DNA of 63,295 nucleotides, filler included, from Reticulomyxa filosa (Eukaryota > Protista > Foraminifera): assembly GCA_000512085.1 (NCBI GenBank). It is 24 parts of 24 records of this genome, joined end to end, with 100 filler letters (N's around TTAATTAATTAA, not from the genome) between each part and the next. Parts side by side here need not be neighbours in the genome. Positions count along the whole stretch, not along the records: positions 51,999 to 56,823 come from ASPP01001516.1; positions 56,924 to 58,548 come from ASPP01027013.1; positions 58,649 to 63,295 come from ASPP01026510.1; 21 more parts are not named here. One strand, given 5' to 3'. The translations under genes were made by a program, and so were the position numbers. Shown in pieces: positions 55,780 to 63,295 of the stretch (position 1 is its first letter; the number at the start of each line of letters is the position of its first letter). Under the pieces are notes generated by a model. The model was not told the DNA's origin. It did not search any database and saw only the letters and a program-made list of their open reading frames with translations.

Positions 55780-56823
55780 AAGTGACCAAATACTTTTGAG
55801 TTTGCAACAATAACAATACTAATGCTACAAACGAAGGAGACAAGAAATATGAAAAAGAAATAAAAACATTGATTCGACTATTCGTGATTCAACAACAAAG
55901 AAGAATTGAAAAAGAAAATAATGAATAACAATGGAAATATCGAATTGGAAATCAAAGAACTTGTTCAATTATCAGTTGAAAATGAGGTATCCTGTGAAGG
56001 ATGATAATTATCAATGTCCATATTCAATTAAATCTGGATTATCTTATGAGTTAAAAGCAAACAAAATTAAACAATTCAGAGAGTATCGAAGATTTGAAAA
56101 TGCAATGTATAGTATTGAAATAAAGAATTTGGTGATAGAATTGCAGAAATACGAGGTTAAAGTCGCGAAAACCACCAAGTTTAAAAGGAAATGAAAGATT
56201 ATTGGAAAGGATTCAAGCAGATTATGATAGTAATTTGAATCAGGTATTTAATTATTGGAAGATGTACTATTTTATGTGATAACCCTACTAAACTACAAAC
56301 AGCAGTCACAGTCATGAAGAAAGCAGAGCAATTTAATTTGGTTATGTCTGAAGATAAAGACATATCATCGATTTCATAATATTAAATTATATGTTCTAAA
56401 ACATGATGTATATATTTAAATGCAAGCAACACTAAAGACTTTTATGACATTAGAAAGATATACTATACTTGAAAATCCAAACTTAAGTCTTTTATTTTAT
56501 GAACAAATTCGAGCATGGAAACCTAATAATTAAATGGAAGAGGAATTAACATAGGCAAGTAACGAAATATTTACAAAGATTAATGATATAATCTGTGAAT
56601 GGATTGACGAAAAGGAAAATTAAAATCGATATAAACCACATTCAGAAATTCGTATATTAAAACCTCCACAATTGAAGAAATAAACGAAGAACAAATTAAT
56701 TCTCAAAAAGATATTTTATTAAAATTAATTAAATTTGTATGTAATCAACTTTGAAAATTCAATCCAAAGGAAATGAAAGGCAAGAATATTTATGTAATTT
56801 TATTTAAATTTTTAAGAAACACA
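55780..56823 (+). pseudogene. Heavily degenerate coding remnant of unknown family
   Basis: Purine-rich coding-like texture broken by many stops. Confidence 0.35.
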
Positions 56824-56949
56824 NNNNNNNNNNNNNNNNNNNNNNNNNNNNNNNNNNNNNNNNNNNNTTAATTAATTAANNNNNNNNNNNNNNNNNNNNN
56901 NNNNNNNNNNNNNNNNNNNNNNNAAAAAAAAAAAGATATAACAAACCTG

Positions 56950-58100
56950 TTTTACTCCTTTAGGAGACAGTAGTGGCTTCTACCCCGATTCTGCTGTCGC
57001 TGTTGTCGTCGTTGTTGTTACCAGTGCCTATAATTTTTTTTAAATAATGTATACCACGTATACAACATCAAATCAATACATTATTTTTGTGGATTTATTC
57101 CAAAAGAATAATTCTACATAAAAAAAAAGTATATGTACATATATACGTATGTCAAGTAAGTTTTGAGATATAACAATTGATCGTATCAAAGTTAAGATTG
57201 TTTAACTGTTGTTGTTGTATGCGCAATCGTCGTGATCGGCTGCCCTTTGTCATCTCCAATTTGCGAGCAATTGTGGGCAACGATAGGGGCTCAACATTAT
57301 CAATGCATTGAATGCCCCGTTGGTCAAATTGAAGCCGATTGTGGCCGAAGACAAACCAATGACTCTCTTCCAATCATTTTTTGCGAGTGCACCAATTGGC
57401 CAATAATTACAATCACCTGGCGCATTAGTGTGTATGGATATTGCATCACATTCACACAGGCTTATTATAAGCCAATCTGCTGCCAGGATCTTGAAATTTT
57501 CCAGTCCATAATTCTTGGCACTTGCCACAATACCAAAAGCGCTACCAGTTCCATCGCTTGTGCTTATCTTGTCTTGGCTGTTTGTATCACCATTTTGTAC
57601 TTGACTTGGGCACAGCATTTTGTTTGGACTCCTATTATTGTCTGTTGTATATTGTACATATACACATATATATGAAATTAAAATATGTTACATTAGTATC
57701 AAATTTTTTTGTTATACTTCTATCAACCTTTTTCCTGTTTATCTAATTTTTTAATAGAAAGAAATCTAAATCGAAATTAACTGGAATTCACACTCTTTAT
57801 TTTTGTGGATTGATCACGAATTTTGGAGTCCATATTTTTATTTGCGATTTGTGTGCTAGTAGTTGGCGCGATAGCTGATGCAATAGTTAGTGTGATAGCT
57901 AGTGCGATATTTGTTTTGGTTGGTGTGGCTGTCGATTTGGTAGTGACTGGTCTGGCTGTCGATTTGGTAGTTGCTGGCCTAGTTGTACCAGTCGAAAGTG
58001 GCCTTGTATTAAGAATTGACATTGTAACGGCCAACTTTGAGATAAATGACGTGCGCGTCATTTAGAATCAAGAATTGAAATAGCGTGATCGTATATCCAA
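56950..58100 (-). other. Possible Thr-rich secreted protein gene or pseudogene; includes a 27-bp tandem duplication at about 57926-57980
   Basis: T-rich ORF 57777-58061 (RPATTKSTA/RPVTTKSTA) and ORF 57250-57618, with intron-like gaps. Confidence 0.3.
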
Positions 58101-58648
58101 CACCAGCGCCAAAGAACTCCAACCTCGCCAAGAAAAGGAAAGAAAGAATTTTTACTGCTGTCTAACAGCACAATCTTCATTAAAAAGAAATTCGTAATTT
58201 GAATTTTAATCAACATATTTTGTCAAAATAACTTCTTTTTATCAACACATTTTATTAAAAAACTGATAACTCTTTTTCATGGCAAAGAGGAAAAAAAAAG
58301 TTAATTTTTAAGAAAGGTCTAAAAAGGAATGTGCAATTATGTCTAAATCTTTCCTTTTTTCTCGAACAAGAAGTATCCTTGGTGTTGGTTCAAAGACTCC
58401 CTCTCCTTTCCAACATGTGAGAAGTTTGGTGTGACAAATGGGAACATGAGGAAAACGAGTAATTCTCGCGAAACGTAAACAAACTGAGTTGAATTGATTG
58501 AATTGTATTGAAAGGTTTTATAAACAAACCGAAAATGGAAAAGCCACCNNNNNNNNNNNNNNNNNNNNNNNNNNNNNNNNNNNNNNNNNNNNTTAATTAA
58601 TTAANNNNNNNNNNNNNNNNNNNNNNNNNNNNNNNNNNNNNNNNNNNN

Positions 58649-58998
58649 ACAACAACACGAACATTGACATGGAGACCAACGCCAATGTTCATATGAACAT
58701 AGGCCGAGGTGGCTATGCCAATTACAATCGTATGGGCAACAACTATGGTAATGGTAATGGAGGTGTAGTAATGTATGATTATGATGATGAAACTGATCAT
58801 ATGTGCAGTGATTGGTATCTTGCTTGTATTTATGCCGTGTATTGCAGTGAGACCAATCGGATCGCCAAAGCCACGCAGTTGTTCAAACGGTTAATCAGCA
58901 GCAATGAAAACAAAGCTGCGCCCTGCTATTTCATCCACTATTACTATGCATTGCATTTGCATTACACGTGCAAAGACTATCTCAAAGCCAAACACTAA
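58649..58998 (+). CDS. N/G-rich + TPR-like fragment, abruptly joined to a WD40 pseudogene
   Basis: 'AKATQLFKRLI...HYYYALHLHYTCKDYLKAKH'. Confidence 0.45.
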
Positions 58999-59680
58999 TA
59001 CATTAAGCTTCAAAAGTTTTGCAAGTCATTCCACTGTAGTGATAACAGTAAACTTCTCACCAGATGGAACTAAACTTGTTTCAGCCTCGTGAGATAAGAT
59101 AGTTCGATTGTGGGATGTACAATTGGGAAATGAGATTAAAAAATTGGAACATCCAGATTTTGTTTCAGATGCGCAATTTTCACTATATGGAAATATCATT
59201 GTAACAGGATCCCGTGACCATATTATCCGATTGTGGAATATAAAATCAGGACGATAAATGAAAAAATTGAAGGGAAATATAGCGAATATAACACGAACAC
59301 ACTTTTCACCTTCTGGAGATATAATTCTATCGTCATTAGAGATGGTACAATTCGATTATGGGATATTAATATTGCTGAACAAAAAGTTATGAAAATTAGG
59401 GCAAGATCAGGTATATAACAGATGTTCAATTTTCATGAGATGGCCAATTGCTTGTATCAGCCTTTGATGATAATACAATTGGAATATGGAACACAAAATC
59501 AGGTGAAAAGATTCATCCTTGAAAGGGCATTTAGATATTGTTTGTAAAGCACAATTTTCTCCAGATGATCAATTTATTGTTTCTTATTTATACGATAAAA
59601 CAATCTGAATATGGGATGTAACATCTGGACAAGAAATCAAACTATTGAAGGGACATTCAGATATAATTGTGGATCCGACT
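58999..59680 (+). pseudogene. Degenerate WD40-repeat gene
   Basis: 'VNFSPDGTKLVSAS*DKIVRLWDV', 'DGTIRLWDI', 'KGHSD'; multiple stops and frameshifts. Confidence 0.85.
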
Positions 59681-60575
59681 GTGGCGATAAATACAAACAT
59701 TAAACGATAATTAATTAAATTAATATGTTTTATTGAACCGATAAGACTATCCAAATATGGATGGTCAAAGATAGTCAAAACAGAATAAGGTCTTTTCCAA
59801 AAACGCCATTAATTATTGTTTTGTCATTGTGTTCATTTGAATTAAGAAAGAACAATTGTGAAGTATGTGAAGAATAAAAAATACAAATGAAATCGCCATG
59901 ACGAAAATGGAAATGAATTAAACAAAAATAGCATTTGCAAAACAAATAGCCTCAGCGTCATTTTTGAAAAGGTGAAAGTACTTATTATTATTTCGTTATT
60001 TTTCGTGAGTTCTGTTTTCGAATAAAAACCATAGTTACTCGCTTTTATTTTTATTTTGTGACTTTTTGTTTTTGAAAAACTTCCTTGGATATCATTTCTC
60101 AAGATGCAATCCAAATATCACTCTGCACTCTTTTTTTGGTATAAACAAAACTTTTTCTTTGTTTTATCAAAAAACACAAAACATTAAAATTGGTATTTTT
60201 TCAGAAGCAGAATCACCAATTTGGACAATACAGAACACTCGCAAGAGTTTGTAATAATTTGGTAGATGTTTATTATCTTGTGATAGAAAAAATTGTGGTA
60301 TTATTTCTAAAACACCATTTCAAATTATTACCAAAGCATAAACTGGTAGCTGATTTTGTTAATTGCCAGTCCTGAGATTCGCCAGACACAAGCTTCAAGA
60401 ATAAACATCAAAAAAAAAATAAAATAAAATAAAAACACAAACAACATTGACTAGAACAATACGATATGCTTTTTTCGTTCAAGAAAAAAAACAAAACTGA
60501 CGTATTGATGAGAATCAAGCATAAAGATGATCACAACTGTGATTTTAGGGAGAAAAAAACACAAATAAAAACAAC

Positions 60576-62234
60576 TCAATGCATTTTGTAACGGGAGAGG
60601 GAAAGTTCTAATTTTACACACGCAAACAAAACAGTGTCGTCTGATTTTGTGTGTTGATTATTATTTCCTGAATAATGAAGACCATTTTCCACACAAGCAG
60701 TTTTCACACTTTTGAGTGGCTTTGTAGAAATTTTCTGTCGCAGTTTTGTTTGAGCTACATTACACTGTATCATGTATAGTTATCGTGAGATAGAGAATCA
60801 GAACCTTGAATTTTCCTGGCCTGCATTTCATCAAACCTTGTTAACCCCTCAAACATTTCTTCAAACTTTGGGAAATTGGGGTAATCACTTTTCCATATCT
60901 TAATGCCGCCTGTAGCAAAATTTAGATTATACAACATTGTACTTGTGGAGGAGTAATATATGTATTGATTGAAACAATCTTAACAAGGACGCCAATAAGC
61001 AGATGCAACATTTTTATTTTCTGGTTTCCGTTTTGTGCGAATGAAATACAAGATCAAGTTGTTTTTTTGCGATTGTAATTTTTGGTTTTGCAAGGATTGC
61101 AATGCTGGCACAGCCCCAGCAAACTTTAGATAAGGCTGTTTGTGAGATGACAAACCGAACACAGTCGGTTTGAGAAAGTGTCCAATGAAAGCATAAAAAT
61201 GAAATTAACTGAGCCGTATGCTCGGAATAATATCCGACAAAATTCTTGCCGTTCGGTATAAGGCCGTTTATACATTGGTTTGGAGCCAATAGCCCAAGCG
61301 TCGAAAATGTGATACACAGTGCATTCTCCTTGTGATTCTTTTGTTTCTAGCACTTTAATGCAATCCACAATACTGTCATTGGGCAATCGCACTTCTCTGT
61401 TTGTGACCGGAGTACATGGCAATGGGATATTTGGATCTGATAGTTCGTGTCTCATTTCGTAGAGTCCATGCTGACTCCGAATCAGCGTTACCCACTCTGG
61501 AGTATCACGTCGATTTGGCCAAGGAAACGCAATCACAAACCAACATCCACGCAATGGATATCGAAGAAAGTCGGATTGTTTATCTTTGGTATCGATATCA
61601 CGCTTTGGTAAGGATTGTGAATGGTTCGATTGCATTTGAAGATATATATATATATTTGTATATGCATATGTGTATAATGAAAATGATAAAAGAAACAAAG
61701 AAATACAATAAAAAATTTTCCTCCAAACTTTGTGAACTTTCGTTTTGGTTTTCTGAATTTCAAAGTTAATTCGATCCAACACTTCCTTACCATGTGGTGT
61801 TCCTTGCATAAGCGTGTAAGCGGGTCGATACGCGGACGAGTTGAATTCTGGCGCGTTGTAATCGGGACGATTCGTAACAAAGCGATGGCCAAATTCAGGA
61901 TCGCGAATAATTCGAAATTTGCCTTCATCCGTTTTGAACCAGTAGTTTAAGGCTTGCAATCGAATGGATTCCTGATTGCAAGTTCGAAGTGTTTTATCTT
62001 CCACGTATTTTTTAACGCGTTTCAGATGACGAATTTGCTTTGCAATATGCATTTCATTGTATTGCTTAATCCATGAAATGAAGCCAGTATCCATTTCCGA
62101 GATAGGGATCAGTGGACACAACTCACGACCATCTTCATCTTTTTCAATTTTTATCACGTTGGATGACTGCATGCCATTGTTATCATTGCCATTATTGTTG
62201 CCATTTGCATTCATCATACTGTCATTATCATTGC

Positions 62235-62285
<51 letters not shown>

Positions 62286-63205
62286 GATTATAGCCGTGGT
62301 TGTAATTGTAATTGTAGTTGTGATAACTGTTACTGTTGTTTTCGTTGTTATGACTATTGCCATTGTTCGCATTGCTGTTGTCCATTCTCCCATTTTCCAT
62401 GATCGGATTGGATGAAGTCGAGCCATTTTCTTTCTTCAATTGCACTTGCTTTAATTCATTGATCGTGTTGTTCATGTTGTACAAATGTGTCAATATGTCG
62501 TGTTGTGAAAATTCAACGCCATTGTTTGTCGTGGTGAGTTGGTTGGACAATTTGAATCCAATGCAGACAATGTATCTAACATGTTATAATGATTGCATTC
62601 TATTTGACATATACAAAATATATACATATACAAAAATATATATACATATGTATATATATATATGTATGTACATATATCAAATCTGAGTTTTTTAACCTTT
62701 CCGAATTGGCAGGTCTTGATTGATTGGGTTTGATAAGTCCAATTTTATCAAAATAAATGCGCAAGATGTAAATGAGACTGACAGTGAAGGGATGAAAGCA
62801 ATCGAACAATTTGCAGACAAAGACGCCACCTTGTCTCAAGATGCTCATGGCACATAGGAATTGACATAAGATCAGCTGTCTGGATAGCAGTTCTTGGCTA
62901 TTGTAATCTTCGGACACGTTAAACCCGCCATCGGCCATGACGACATGAACTCCGTTAATGGTCTGTCGCAACACGCGTTCGCGGAAATGCCACAAGTTTT
63001 CATTCTTTGTAATATCGCCAGTGTTATCTGCGCCGTATTCGCAATTGAAGTTATCCACCGGAGCATTGCTATTGAACTTGCCCAATCGAAAGTCGTTTTC
63101 GTCTTTTAATGTGAAGCCCCATCCGCGGCATTGCCACGTGTTGACATGCAAGTAGTACTCACTAAACCCACCAGGACCGGCGCAAATATCGGCGAATAAG
63201 ATCAA
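60576..63205 (-). CDS. CMTR1: Cap-specific mRNA (nucleoside-2'-O)-methyltransferase 1, 5'-partial; 3' exons below about 61200 uncertain
   Basis: 'FADICAGPGGFSEY', 'GFTLK', 'GDIT', 'VMADGGF', 'QLILCQF', 'FVCKLFD', 'KPNQSRPANSER'; downstream GTase-like 'YHIFDA...PYTER'; poly-Asn insert 62232-62285. Confidence 0.93.
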
Positions 63206-63295
63206 CTGTTTTATTCATTCATATGTGAAAGCCAGAGTTACAATAATTTTTTCATTATCATAAAAAGAGGAGGGAAATAAATAAATCAATAAATC

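Overview
This window is not one locus. It is 24 short contigs joined by 23 artificial 100-bp spacers (N44-TTAATTAATTAA-N44), so adjacency across spacers is meaningless. Twenty-three contigs come from an AT-rich, intron-rich eukaryote with (TA)n and poly-A/T introns, poly-Asn tracts and expanded WD40, Kelch and TPR families. The style suggests a foraminiferan or other rhizarian such as Reticulomyxa; this is inference, not verified. Recognisable genes: nucleotide cyclase, SAH hydrolase pseudogene, three DUSP-family paralogues, DDX3-like N-terminus, RasGEF, THADA/Trm732, Kelch, LamG, ENPP, capping protein beta, beta-tubulin, ABCG, protein kinase, several WD40 genes, an Rnl2/REL-type RNA ligase, an actin pseudogene and CMTR1. 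One contig (48708-50798) is high-GC bacterial and carries an IS1182-family element inserted into a REP-like palindrome. The most novel signals are: (i) a 33-aa single-exon helical 'GW' module attached to both Kelch and WD40 propellers, and replacing a RING-TRAF head on paralogous propellers, which makes it a candidate lineage-specific E3-adaptor system; (ii) an intron-containing full-length Rnl2 RNA ligase; (iii) two long intergenic fold-backs of about 630 bp and about 900 bp; (iv) an SAHH copy inserted into the 5' UTR of a DUSP gene, with the empty site visible in a paralogue; (v) a pseudo-caspase-TPR protein and a pseudo-Cu-SOD GPI protein.
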